Below, piece by piece: positions 38,311 through 52,191 of a stretch of 64,000 nt of DNA. Position 1 is the first letter of the stretch; every line of letters begins with the position of its first letter. Under the pieces are notes generated by a model, which did not search any database, was not told the origin of the DNA, and worked only from the letters and a program-made list of their open reading frames with translations. The translations under genes and the position numbers were made by a program. Location of the stretch: positions 30,380,001 to 30,444,000 of the forward strand of contig OZ024754.1 in assembly GCA_964016885.1 (NCBI GenBank), written 5' to 3'. Source of the DNA: Eledone cirrhosa (taxonomy: Eukaryota).

Positions 38311-40369
38311 AGGTGTTTCTCATTTTTCACTTCACAGGGAAATTCATATATTTGGCATGTTTACATGTTTATATACTAAATATATGTAAATTTATATGCA
38401 CATTTATGCAGTCTCAGCTAATTCTATTCTGTATACATACAGATATAAATTCTTCTTGAGCGTGATCCTAGTAAAATTGTATTTTTGCATCCCTGTGTTT
38501 AATTTGTTTTATTTGTTTAAGTATTTTTCCATACTTATGTGCCCCATCTACCATTCAAACATGGATAATTACCTGGAACACAGATTGCCATGAAACCCAC
38601 CTCCACTTCCTCCAAAGTGTGATCCTAGTAAGATTTTATATTTTTGCATCCCTATGTTTATTTTGTTTTATTTGTTCAACTATATATATAATACAGATTA
38701 AAAAAACACATTTTTTAATTTGATATATTGGCTCCTAATTCATTTCTATATGTAAGTAGAGCTTCTTAAGTTGAATGGCTTTGAGCTGCTGTTTTTAGCA
38801 GTCTTTTGGTCTATTCACACCACCATGGGCTATAAAACACACATGTATTTCCTCTATACCATGCGTGTTTTCTTAGTTATCTGATATATTGTTAGAAGTG
38901 TCAATCATATTGCTAGGCACCCGCTGATGAGCTACATCTACAATATGGCTTCTTCACTTTTTATAGCAAAACATACTCTTATTTGAGCATGTCCGGGTGT
39001 TATTGTTATAATTGGATGGTTAGTACACTTTAATATATTCTTTTTATTTGTATTAACTATTCCTTCTGTAGATAATATGTTTGTCACTCTGATGGTTTGT
39101 AATACCCTATGATTGAACACATATCTCTATGTGAACTTCTCTCTATATGCTGATTTATATATTACAGAGACAAAGTTATCGGATAATACCGAAGATCTTC
39201 GATTGCTTTCCCACTCACTCGATATTTTAATTAAGCTAGTATCTTTAAGATGGTAACTCAAATGAAAACAGAGTGCACACTTCAATGTTTATATATATAT
39301 ACATATATATGTATATATATATATACATATATATGTATATATATCTATATATATATAAATATAGGAAAAGTAAATAACAACAACGAGTACGGTTATGAAA
39401 GGTGTTAGGTATTAAGTTCACATTTGAGAGTGGGGGGTTATATATATATATATGTATATATGTATATATGTATATATGTATATATGGAGAATAAGATTGG
39501 CTGTGTAGTTGCTAGTTAAGGTAGCTTAAAATTGAGGGAGAATAAGAAGAAAGCAAGAACGGGGGAGTTTTCCTCGTCAATTGTCTACAATTGTCAATTG
39601 TCTGGGATATTTCGATGCTTTAAAGACAAGATATCTACCACCCAGAGCCTTCAATAACTGGGTAAGTTATTGGGAAAATGGAGGAGGGAGGGAAGGAAAA
39701 TAGAGAAAAAAAGGGAATAAAAGAGAAAACAGCCAACAAAACAACGAACCGAGAAATGTGCAAGCAATTTAAGGTAAGAAAACCCAAGACCACAGCGATA
39801 AGAGAACTTAAGTTCAAGAACGTGTGGGTGAGCGAAAAGACACGTCTGACCCCAGCGATTGTAAGTGAGAAAAGGACTTCTAGAGGGTCAGGCGAGGGAA
39901 ACAATGAGGTGGCTGGCAACATCATCATCATTTAATGACCACTTTGTCTGCGAGCTATGGTTGGACAGGTCTACATAGACCAAGTCAGTACTGAAACAGA
40001 GCTGCTGTCCTCCTGTGTACAGTCATGTCGAATGCACAGGAGAACTAGTGTCTTTTGATAAAAACTGAAGGGTCCTCCCAACCCCTTGTTTGAAAAGCTT
40101 TCTATGGCTGGATGCCCTTCCTAACATCAATAACTTAACATCATGTACTGGGTGCTTCTCTCATGTAGATAACCAACACAAGAGAGGTTGTCATAATATT
40201 AACATAAATAAAGGGTCCTTCCAACCCTGTTAGGCATGGTTTCTACAGCAAGGTGCCCTACTTGTCAACAACTCTCCTGTGGTTGATGCATTTTCATGGC
40301 CCCATACTTTCCTTTCAGCATAAAATTACATTTACCATTGCTGTGCCATCACTACAACCATTTTCATCA

Positions 40370-41005
40370 CTGCCATCACCACCACTCCAACATTGTAACC
40401 ACCACCACCAACAACAACACCAATGCCATTTTAAACATTCTAACCCCCATTACCACCACCATCCCCATCATCACTACCACCATCATCAACATTATAACCA
40501 CCATCACAACCACCATCATCATCACAACCACCATCATCACCATCACAACCACCATCATCATCAACATTATAACCACCATCACAACCACCATCATCATCAA
40601 CATTATAACCACCATCACAACCACCATCATCATCACAACCACCATCATCATCAACATTATAACCACCATCATCATCAACATTATAACCACCATCACAACC
40701 ACCATCATCATCACAACCACCATCATCATCAACATTATAACCACCATCATCATCAACATTATAACCACCATCACAACCACCATCACAACCACCATCATCA
40801 TCAACATTATAACCACCATCACAACCACCATCCCCATCATCACTACCACCATCATCATCAACATTATAACCATCACAACCACCATCACCATCATCACAAC
40901 CACCATCATCAACATTATAACCACCATCACAACCACCATCCCCATCATCACTACCACCATCATTGCCACCACCACCACCAGTACTACCACCTCTACCACC
41001 ATCTC
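40370..41005. repeat. (CAC/CAT/AAC)n triplet-derived minisatellite
   Basis: Recurring CATCAACATTATAACCACCAT unit. Confidence 0.85.
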
Positions 41006-42496
41006 TAGTTGTTAAATATATTTCCAGTTGAGTGAATCTGCCCCCTCCCTCCTCCCGCCACCACTCACCACCAATCAGTGAAAGTAGGAGAAACTATCTG
41101 TGAGGTTATCTACAGGGCAGTGTATGGAGGAACAGTTTAGCTGCATTGAATAGATTTTATAGAATTATAGCCAAATCTTGCTCTCTCCCCACCCCACCTT
41201 CACCTATATCAGTTATTCTATGACTTAACAGCATTCCTACACTTCTTCTCCTTCTTTTTCTCCCCCCTCCTCTTCCTCCTCTTTCTTCTTCTTCTTCTTC
41301 TCACCTCCTCATCCTCCTTGGCTTCTTCCCTCCTCCTACACCTTGTCTCTCTCTCTCTCTCTAGACTCTTCTCTTTTTCCTCACTCCACCCACTCTCCCC
41401 TTCCTCCACCCACCACCACCAGACTTTTCCCTCAACTTTCGCCTTTCTCACTTTGCCCTCTCCCAATTGACTCTCCTCTCCTTCACCATCCCCTCTTGTT
41501 ATCATCTCTTTTCTATGTTCTCATCACACCCTCCCCTAGACTCTCCCCTTCACCCCCCCCCTCCCCTAGACTCTTCTCACCATCATCCCTTTCTCCCATC
41601 CATATCAACAATAGGCAATATCCTAGCATCTTCCCAGTCACCAGTCATATTTTATTGATATAAATTAAGGAACCAGGCAACAAGCTGGTTGCTGTGTAGA
41701 CATCTCTTGTCCTTGGTCCCCAAATCATATTTAGCACATATTAACTCTTTCATTACCCTGCATTGCTGATTTCCTCCGCAAAATCAGAAACACAGCTGCC
41801 CACTTGAGGAAGGAGCCCCACGAGGTGGGGTGACTGTTTCAGCAGGTGCCACTGGCCACATTCACCATAGCAATGCCTTCACCATTCTATCTTCAGGGCA
41901 TGACCGAATCACCAGACAGACTGGGGGTGCAGAGTCAGACAAAACACAGCTCTGACCTAGGTGTAGGGTCTGTCACTCTCTCCCTTTACCCCCTTTTTTT
42001 CTTCCTTTGCCTAATAGTCCTTGCTCTTTCCCTCCTTTTCCTCTCATAGCATTTATAGTCATTTCCAATGTCCTTCTTTTTCTGTATGTTTGACCAATAA
42101 AAATAAAATATTGTAATATAAACAGAAAAAAAAAACATTGTATTACTAAATCTAAAAATTATTTGAAAATTCATAGGCAATATTTTTCATTAGAAATATG
42201 GTAAGAAGAGGGTTAATATTATCACCTGGTACCTTGGATACCTTTAGCAGTGGGGTTTATTTTGTTGCAAACAGTCAAGCTAGGTTTTTAGTTTGAATAT
42301 AACCTTCTCCCTTCCCAACATCAGTATTGGAGATCTTCAAGAAAAACAGTGACCAAGGAAACTGTTTTACTTTTCCTGACTAAGTGGTAAAAATAACCAA
42401 GCTAGTTTCCTGATGTAGTTCTTACAGCTCAGCTAAATAGGTTTAGCTGGCCCCCTTCCTATAAGATTGAATCCCATAGGAAGTTTCTCATGTGTT

Positions 42497-42710
42497 TTAA
42501 CCCTTGAGCATTTACATTACTCTATATATACTATTGTATTTTCACAGTAAGGCTTTATCTCACATAATATTGAATCTATGAGATTTTGATATTATTTATT
42601 TTGAGAACAATACCTTAACATCAGTATGAGTGGCCAGTCACTGCCAGTTTAAACAGAAAAAGGAGAGAGAATTTTGGCTGGATATGGCCATTCTAAATGC
42701 TAAAGGGTAA
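42497..42710 (+). mobile_element. piggyBac-type MITE
   Basis: TTAACCCTTGAGCAT...ATGCTAAAGGGTAAA. Confidence 0.7.
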
Positions 42711-42734
42711 ATGATAGGGGCTCCGGTCCTGTCA

Positions 42735-42850
42735 CGGAGAGCAATGTGAAATGAAGTGTTTTGCTCAAGAACACAATGCCCTGACTGGTTCAGGAATTAA
42801 ACTCAAAGTCTTATGATCATGTGTTGAACACATTAACCACTAAGCCTCAC
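42735..42850 (-). mobile_element. Degenerate SINE type 1
   Basis: GTGAAATGAAGTGTTTTGCTCAAG...AACCACTAAGCC similar to 6296-6400. Confidence 0.6.
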
Positions 42851-43159
42851 ATGTTCACAGTTTCCTTCATATCACTCAATCACAGTAATGGGAATGTATG
42901 AACATCACAACTTCTTGTTTTCATCTGATGTAATAAAGCTGATGTAATAAAGCTGAGACCACAAGATGGAAAAGAAAGAAAGGAGAGGAGAGAGAGAAAG
43001 AAAAAGAAGGAAAGCTAGGAGAGAGTGAAAGAGAGAAAGAAAGCTAGGAGAGAGTGAAAGAGAGAAAGAAAGCTAGGAGAGAGTGAAAGAGAGAAAACAA
43101 GGACATCATTAAGCTGTCAATTTGAATCAAGAAGACAAATCTTTCAGATTAAATCTGAA

Positions 43160-45640
43160 GACACACAAGTCACACACACCACACAGACACACACACACAC
43201 ACCAGCATACATTACACACAAGTCATACACACCAGACACACACACAGACACCATACACACCAGCATACATTACACACAAGTCACACACACACCATACAGA
43301 CACACACACAGACACCATACACACCAGCATACATTACACACAAGTCACACACACCACACAGACACACACACACACACCAGCATACATTACACACAAGTCA
43401 TACACACCAGACACACACACAGACACCATACACACCAGCATACATTACACACAAGTCACACACACACCATACAGACACACACACAGACACCATACACACC
43501 AGCATACATTACACACAAGTCACACACACCACACAGACACACACACACACACCAGCATACATTACACACAAGTCACACACACACCAGACACACACACAGA
43601 CAGACACACACACACCAGCATACATTACACACAAGTCACACACACACCATACAGACACACACACAGACACCATACACACCAGCATACATTACACACAAGT
43701 CACACACACACCATACAGACACACACACACACACCAGCATACATTACACACAAGTCACACACACACCATACAGACACACAGACACACACACACCAGCATA
43801 CATTACACACAAGTCACACACACACCATACAGACACACAGACACACACACACCAGCATACATTACACACAAGTCACACACACACCATACAGACACACACA
43901 CACACACCAGCATACATTACACACAAGTCACACACACACCATACAGACACACACACAGACACACACACACCGGCATACATTACACACACACCATACACAC
44001 ACACACCAGCATACATTACACACAAGTCACACACACACCATACAGACACACACACAGACACACACACACCAGCATACATTACACACAAGTCACACACACA
44101 CCATACACACACACACCAGCATACATTACACACAAGTCACACACACACCATACACACACCATACACACCATACACACCATACACACACACACACCAGCAT
44201 ACATTACACACAAGTCACACACACACCATACACACAGACACACACACACACCATCATACATTACACACAAGTCACATACACACACCATACAGACACACAC
44301 ACACCAGCATACATTACACACAAGTCACACACACACCATACACACCATACAGACACACACACACACACAGACACACCATACAGACATACACACACACACC
44401 ATACACACACACACCATACATTACACATAAGACATACTAATATACACACACACACACCAACATACACTACACATTAGACATACTGACATACACTACACAT
44501 ACACACACACAACACATACTGACATACACACATACACCAACATACACACACATACACAAGTACTACACACATACCCATAACATACACAGACATATTACAC
44601 ACATGCATACATACACTAGACACATAGACATACACATACACTACACACATACATATACACACACATGTACTAACACCCATACACACATACATAGAACACA
44701 TATACACCATACACACATACATATACACACACATACACCATACATACACACGTGTACCACACACACACATGTCCCAAATACACACACATGCACTATGCAC
44801 ACACACATAAATATACTCATGTACCATATACACACACATGTACCATATACACGCACATATACCATACATACACACATGTACCATGCACACACACATGTAC
44901 AACCCACCAACACTTACATACACACCCACATATACCATATACACACACCCACATATACCATATATACACACACACATGTACCATACACACACACATGTAC
45001 CATATACATACACACACATATACACACACACACATGTACCATATACACACACATGCACTATAGACACATACACATGTACCGTATACACACACACCCACAT
45101 CCACTATATACACACACACACATATACCATATACACACACCCACATCCACTATATACACACACACATGCACTATACGCACACACATACATGTACTATACA
45201 CACACACATGTACCATACACACATATACCATACACTCACACACATGCACTATACACACACACACATGTACTATATACACACACACATCCACTATACACAC
45301 ACACACACATGCACTATACACACACATACATGTACTATACACACACACACATGTACCATACACACATATACCATACACATGCACTTTACACACACACACA
45401 TGTACTATATACACACACACATCCACTATACACACACACACATGCACTATACACACACACACATGTACTATACACACACACACATGTACCATACACACAC
45501 ACACACACATGCACTATACACACACACACATGTACTATATACACACACATCCACTATATACACACACACACATGTACCATACACACACACACATGCATTA
45601 TACACACACACACACACACACACACATGCACTATATACAT
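43160..45640. repeat. CA-rich minisatellite/microsatellite complex
   Basis: Unit CCAGCATACATTACACACAAGTCACAC.. to ~44340, then CATGTAC/CACTATA variants. Confidence 0.9.
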
Positions 45641-45864
45641 AGACACTGATTCATTGTGGTTTCCATTCCATTGCAATCATCATCATTTTGCAGTGGATTT
45701 ATAACATCAAAGGGAGATAATTGAGTGTGTGTAAGAGGGGGGGGATCAGGGGGTGAAGGAGGAGTTTGAAGACCAGTTAAGTAAAAGTTACATGATCACT
45801 GACCTTCTCCATGAGGAGGAGGGGAGCTAACAGGCCTGTAATTGGAAACTATTATCTCTTCCTT

Positions 45865-46170
45865 CATCACCACCACTACCACCATCACTACAATCATCAT
45901 TATCACTACCACCACTACAATCATCAACATCATCACCACCCCACCATCATCACCATCACCAACACCATCATCACCATCACCACCAACAAGACCACCACCA
46001 TCCTCACCATCACAACCACTACCACCAACATCTCCCCTCACCATCATCATCGCCATTACCACCACCACCATCATCACCACAAACACCACCAAGACCCCCC
46101 TCCCCCCACCACCATCTTCATCATCATCACCACCATGACCACCATCAGCATCATCACAACCACCACAATT
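45865..46170. repeat. (CAC/CAT)n tract
   Basis: Direct inspection. Confidence 0.8.
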
Positions 46171-46469
46171 AAGTTTGTAGCTTGGTACCAATGAAAAAAA
46201 TAATTTTCTTTATTTAAATATTATATTTGTGTTGTAACCAACTAAGACCATCATATTGAAGGTGCTTGGCTATTCCACCATCTTAGCATCGCTATCACCC
46301 ACAGTAACATCTTGAGTGTTTAGGGTTGCCAATGTAGGGCAGCACTAACATTCTCTGTTGCTCTGTGTATAATTGGCTGTGCATTCTCTCGTTTTTGTTC
46401 TTTCTGATTTAAAAATTTATTTTGGAAATGAGCACAGAGTGAAAAACCAAGATTGCTGAGGCAACCCAA

Positions 46470-46800
46470 AGCTTTCATAGTATTATTATAGTTGATAGAG
46501 AGGCTAAGGTGTTAGAATAGCCAAGCACCTTCATAAGCAATAACTGAGTGTGCAATATCAACATTCCTTGATTAGTAATTGAGGGAGTGTGTATGGTTTT
46601 TTTAGTGCAATATCAACATCCCTTGATGTAGTAATTGAGGGAGTGTGTATGTATTTTGCATCTCTTAATGTGTTACTATGGTTGATAGAGAGGCTAAGAT
46701 GCTAGAATAGCCAAGCACCTTCATTAGCAATAACTGAGAGTGCAACATCAGCATTCCTTGATGCAGTAATTGAGGGAGTGTGTATGTTTTTTTGCATTTT
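46470..46800. repeat. Local tandem duplication (~190 bp) with internal ~55-bp repeat
   Basis: GTTGATAGAGAGGCTAAG..GTAATTGAGGGAGTGTGTATG repeated. Confidence 0.7.
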
Positions 46801-47030
46801 TCTTCTTTTTGACTATCTTTTTTGTTGATTTGTATTTTCTTACATAAATCTTAGACATGATCTTAATATTTGTGTGTTATAAAACCTGCCACTAAATTCT
46901 TTTATCGAAGTTGAACCTATTTCAGTTAAATTGTGTGAACTTCACTCACTAATTTCTCAATTTCTGAGAAAGTATTTAAAATAAAACTCTATGAAAAAGC
47001 AATTAAACAATAAGATGTATATATATATAT

Positions 47031-48080
47031 CATCATCATCATCATCATCATCATCGTTTAACGTCTATCTTCCATGCTAGCATGGGTTAGACAAGAGTTG
47101 TCCTAGACAAGAGCTTTTTACCATATTACCTACACGACCACATTACAGGGTGGACTGTGTGTTTTTTTGTTGTGAAACCTACACAACTTCATTAGTTTGT
47201 ACTGGATGTTATGGTACCAACATGACTTTATAGAGAAAGGGTGGTGTTGGCAGAGGGGTAGTTGGTGGATTGTATGTTTAGTTTGGAGGGGCCTACTGAC
47301 TGTAGGTTAACTTTGGATGTAGGGAAGGTGGGTCTTCTGTATTACTGCGTGGCGCCAAAGATCTTGATCCAGTGACATTGTCTTAGAGAGGTGGAAGTGT
47401 GCAAGGTCGGAATTTATCAAGTCGTCCCAGGTTTTGCTGGGTCTACCTACTCAGTAACTTCCATCAATTTTGATTGCCCTGCACTTTTTATACAGCTGTC
47501 ATCTTTCATGTGCATCACGTGACCATACCAACGTAATCTTCTCTCAAGTAAACAGCATCTGATCCCTCTTATTCCTAATTTCTCACTTAATTCATTTATG
47601 TTTTGTCGTTCGCGTATATTACTATTACACATCCAACGGAGCATGCATGCTTCGTTCCTTTCCAGTCTGCGCAGGTCCTCTGCACACAATGTCTAAGTCT
47701 CAGTGCCATGTAACATTGCTGTTCGTATACAAGCATCATACAGTCTGCCTTTCATTTTTAGAGAGAAACCTTTTGTGGCCAACAGTGGTATAACCTCTCT
47801 GAACTTTTTCCATCCTGTTCTAACTCTGGCTACTGTACTTTCAGAGCACCCTCCACCACTGCTGATTTTGTCACCCAGGTAACGGAAAGTGTCCACTATT
47901 TCTATAGAAACATCTGGTCAGTAGAAGAAGCTAGTATCCTGTGGGCACTTGCTACTTATTGTACCTGAGCATCGGCCACATATAAAATCTACGTTCTTAG
48001 ATAGCTTGCCTGTGATCCCACTACATCTTTTATGTACCCATAGTTTGCATTTGGGACATAAAATGAAATTTCTACCTACT
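47031..48080 (-). mobile_element. RTE family A, older 5'-truncated copy
   Basis: FRYLGDKISSGGGC, RLRWYGHV with frameshifts; (CAT)n tail next to (TA)n. Confidence 0.85.
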
Positions 48081-48344
48081 ATATATAAGATATATTAAAT
48101 TTAAGCCAAAATCTCAATTTTGGAGGATATAAGTTAGATCGACTAAGATAAGTTGTTTTTACTTATATAGTTCCCTGAACATGATTTCTGGAACTCAAAA
48201 AACATCAATAATTCCAAGACATTGGAATAACCAATATTGGAAAAATTACATTTCTTTCATTAATCATCAGGAGGAGAATTTTTGAGATGTCTACGTATTA
48301 GAGACAGTTAACTTTATAAATTAATTATACATGTATGTATATAT

Positions 48345-48630
48345 CTAAGTCTAAAGTCTGTCTTAAGCCAGAAGGCTCATTTGGCCGGTGCTTATCCCCG
48401 TTTCATGGCGTGAAGCGACTGAGAGTACAAGACTCCCTCCTGGACAGGACGCCAGTCCGTCGCAGGGTTAAACCTCCAGCTATTGCTGGTACTCATTTTC
48501 AGCTGAGTATACTGGAGCAACGTGAAATGAAGTGTTTTGCTCAAGAACACAACACGCAACTCAGGAATTGAACCCACAAGTTTATGATCGTAAGTCCAAC
48601 ACCCTTACCACTAGGCCACGTGCTTCCACG
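48345..48630 (-). mobile_element. tRNA-derived SINE, long form of type 1
   Basis: Reverse complement: TGGCCTAGTGG, GGTTCAATTCC, CTTGAGCAAAACACTTCATTTCAC core. Confidence 0.75.
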
Positions 48631-48659
48631 TATGTATATATATATATATATATGTGTAT

Positions 48660-48692
<33 letters not shown>

Positions 48693-49414
48693 TTTATATA
48701 TATATGGGAAAATTTTGTCGAAGCAGGTTATAAGAATAATGATTAGAATATGGCAAGCAACAGAAACTTTACCTGATATCTTATTTTCAGCAGACAAGAT
48801 GGCAGTAAAGAAATATGTGCTGGAAGCAACGACAGAGAATGTAGGTAAAAAAACAAAAAAACACCAAAAAAACATGGAAATATAGGTGGTGTGGGGGTTG
48901 AAAAAGAACATAAAAAGTAAAATATATACAAAAGATGAAGCAGTAGAGAAGAGAAAATAGTGAACTGAGTAAAGACATGAATGAATTTCATATGTTTCAT
49001 GTTTCATGAACTTAAAATGACAGTTATCTCATGTTGTTTTTAGAGTTGAAGAAAAAAATAATGGATAAAAGCCTATATCCATTGAAATAGTACAGGCAGA
49101 TTTTAAAATCTCTGGTAGAGTTAGTCACCGAGTTAAAGAGACAAATCTATAATTATTTTGAAAGGTAAGACATCATGTTTTAAACTCTCATGTATTGGTA
49201 AACACATTAGTCAGAATATTCAACCTCTCTGGTTATATTTACACTTGGGAAATAGTTGTTATTTATCTTGTGTCTATCATGGTTTTGGGTGATAAAATTA
49301 AAGTATCACCTGGTTTTGGGGTAGTAGAATTAAGATGCCACTCAATTTTGGTTGGTAAATTAATCAGTCACCTAGTCATGGGGTGTCTTGGATGGTAGAT
49401 TTAATACATCACAC

Positions 49415-49780
49415 TTTATAGTTGGTAGACTTAATCCCTCACTCAGTATTAGTTGGTAGACTCAATCCCTCATTCAGTATTAGGTGGTAGACTCAATCCC
49501 TCACTCAGTATTGGGTAGTAGACTCATTCCCTTACTCAGTATTAGGTGGTAAACTTAATCCCTCACTCAGTACTAGTTGGTAGACTTAATTCCTCACTCA
49601 GTATTAGGTGGTAGATTTAATCCCTCATACAGCATTAGGTGGTAGACTTAATCCCTCACTCAGTATTGAGTGGTACATTTAATCTGACACTCAGTATTAG
49701 GTGGTAGACTTAATCTGTCACTCAGTATTAGATGGTAGACTTAATCCCCCACTCAGTATTAGGTGGTAGACTTAATCCGT
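49415..49780. repeat. 31-bp minisatellite (TTAATCCCTCACTCAGTATTAGGTGGTAGAC), ~11 copies
   Basis: Direct inspection. Confidence 0.85.
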
Positions 49781-50269
49781 TACCTGGTTTAACAGCAGGG
49801 TTCACTCTGTTGCCAGCATCAAAACCATAACTTCCAGTTAGAGGATACCTTACTCATTCCTAATTTCAAAGACTACTAAGAAAGGGATCATGGAAACAAC
49901 ACTTTCTCCTAACTAAGTGATAAAAAAAATAGAGAAGTTTGGAATATAAAAATGTTGTTGGGGATTGTAGGAATATTTGATATATTCTCTGAGATAATCC
50001 AATTATTACTTTTCTGACAATTAACTTTATCTTTAGAAATGAGAAATGCTTTAATATAAAACACCTACACAATTTTATATCTCTGTACCTAGCAAGTTTT
50101 CAGTCTGAAAATTTATAATCTTATTAACAACTATCTGAGACATTAAGAGACATTCAGATATTATATAAACCATTTGTTAAAGAAAGCATCTGTAGGAATG
50201 GAAGAGGAAAAATAAATATTTCAAAAGTCTATGGAGTATGACTGTTTTTCTGTCTGTCTGTCTCCCCCC

Positions 50270-50902
<633 letters not shown>

Positions 50903-50984
50903 AAAGTTCTATTTAAAATTGTTGGGATACAACAAGTAAATATTTTATAACTGATATAAAGCACTCAACAAGTTTTTGTAGTAG

Positions 50985-51492
50985 ATATACGATATTAAAT
51001 AAATGGAAACTATATTTATAAAACCATATTTATTTCATATACATATTTCAGGGATACCAAATTAAAATATGGTATGCCTTCATCAGACAAAATACAATAT
51101 ATAAACAGTTTTATAAATAATTTTGACGTGCCCTATTAGATGCAACCATTATTTTTGGAAGCTGTCTGGATAGTGAGATGTTTATAATTATTTTATTAGT
51201 TATAGTGTTAAGCTCAGTTAGAAAAAGACGGAGAGAAAGAAAAAAACGTCTTTTTCTAACTGTGCTTAACACTATAACTAATAAAATAATTATAAACATC
51301 TCACTATCCAGACAGCTTCCAAAAATAATGGTTGCATCTAATAGGGTACGTCAAAATTATTTATAAAACTGTTTATATATTGTATTGTGTCTGATGAAGG
51401 CATACCATATTTTAATTTGGTATCCCTGAAATATGTATATGAAATAAATATGGTTTTATAAATATAATTTCCATTTATTTAATATCGTATAT
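50985..51492. repeat. Long inverted repeat (246-bp arms, 16-bp spacer), same family as 18586-18855
   Basis: Arms 50985-51230 and 51247-51492; hammerhead-like core in each arm. Confidence 0.85.
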
Positions 51493-51559
51493 ATATATAT
51501 GTATATGTATGTATATGTATGTATATATATGTATATGTATGTATATATATGTATATGTA

Positions 51560-51723
51560 TCCAGCACTGTGTGTCAAGAATTGTCACAAGTGTAGTGTTT
51601 GTACCAGAGTTTTCAAGTCGCTGGCTGGACTAAAAAGTCACACTCGTTCAGCGCATCGGTAGGGTTTCTCCTACATGGATATAAAGTAGTGGCCATACTC
51701 GAAAACGAGTTGGCAGCCACCAT
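51560..51723 (+). mobile_element. 3' part of the bipartite RTE derivative
   Basis: Near-identical to 35605-35766. Confidence 0.7.
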
Positions 51724-51758
51724 GTATGTATATATATGTATATGTATGTATATATATG

Positions 51759-51805
<47 letters not shown>

Positions 51806-51806
51806 G

Positions 51807-51885
<79 letters not shown>

Positions 51886-52118
51886 TTTTTTATTTAGGTT
51901 TGTTGGTTCACCTGATGATATCACCGGATTCATACGGAACCCAGTCATTGAAATGATCATAGTATAATAAACTTTTCAAGGATTTACACCAGTCCAGCCT
52001 CCTGTTATTTTATTTACTATATATATACATCTGATTTCAAGAAACCACTGGTAAATGAAATAATTATCTTATGTTGTTTATTACATAACATATAAATAAA
52101 TATAAATTTATGTATGTG

Positions 52119-52149
<31 letters not shown>

Positions 52150-52191
52150 GTGTGTATATTTATATATGTATGTGTATATATATATATATGT

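Noticed and set aside
40253-46194. His/Thr-rich ORFs
   Set aside because: Translations of CA/CAC microsatellites
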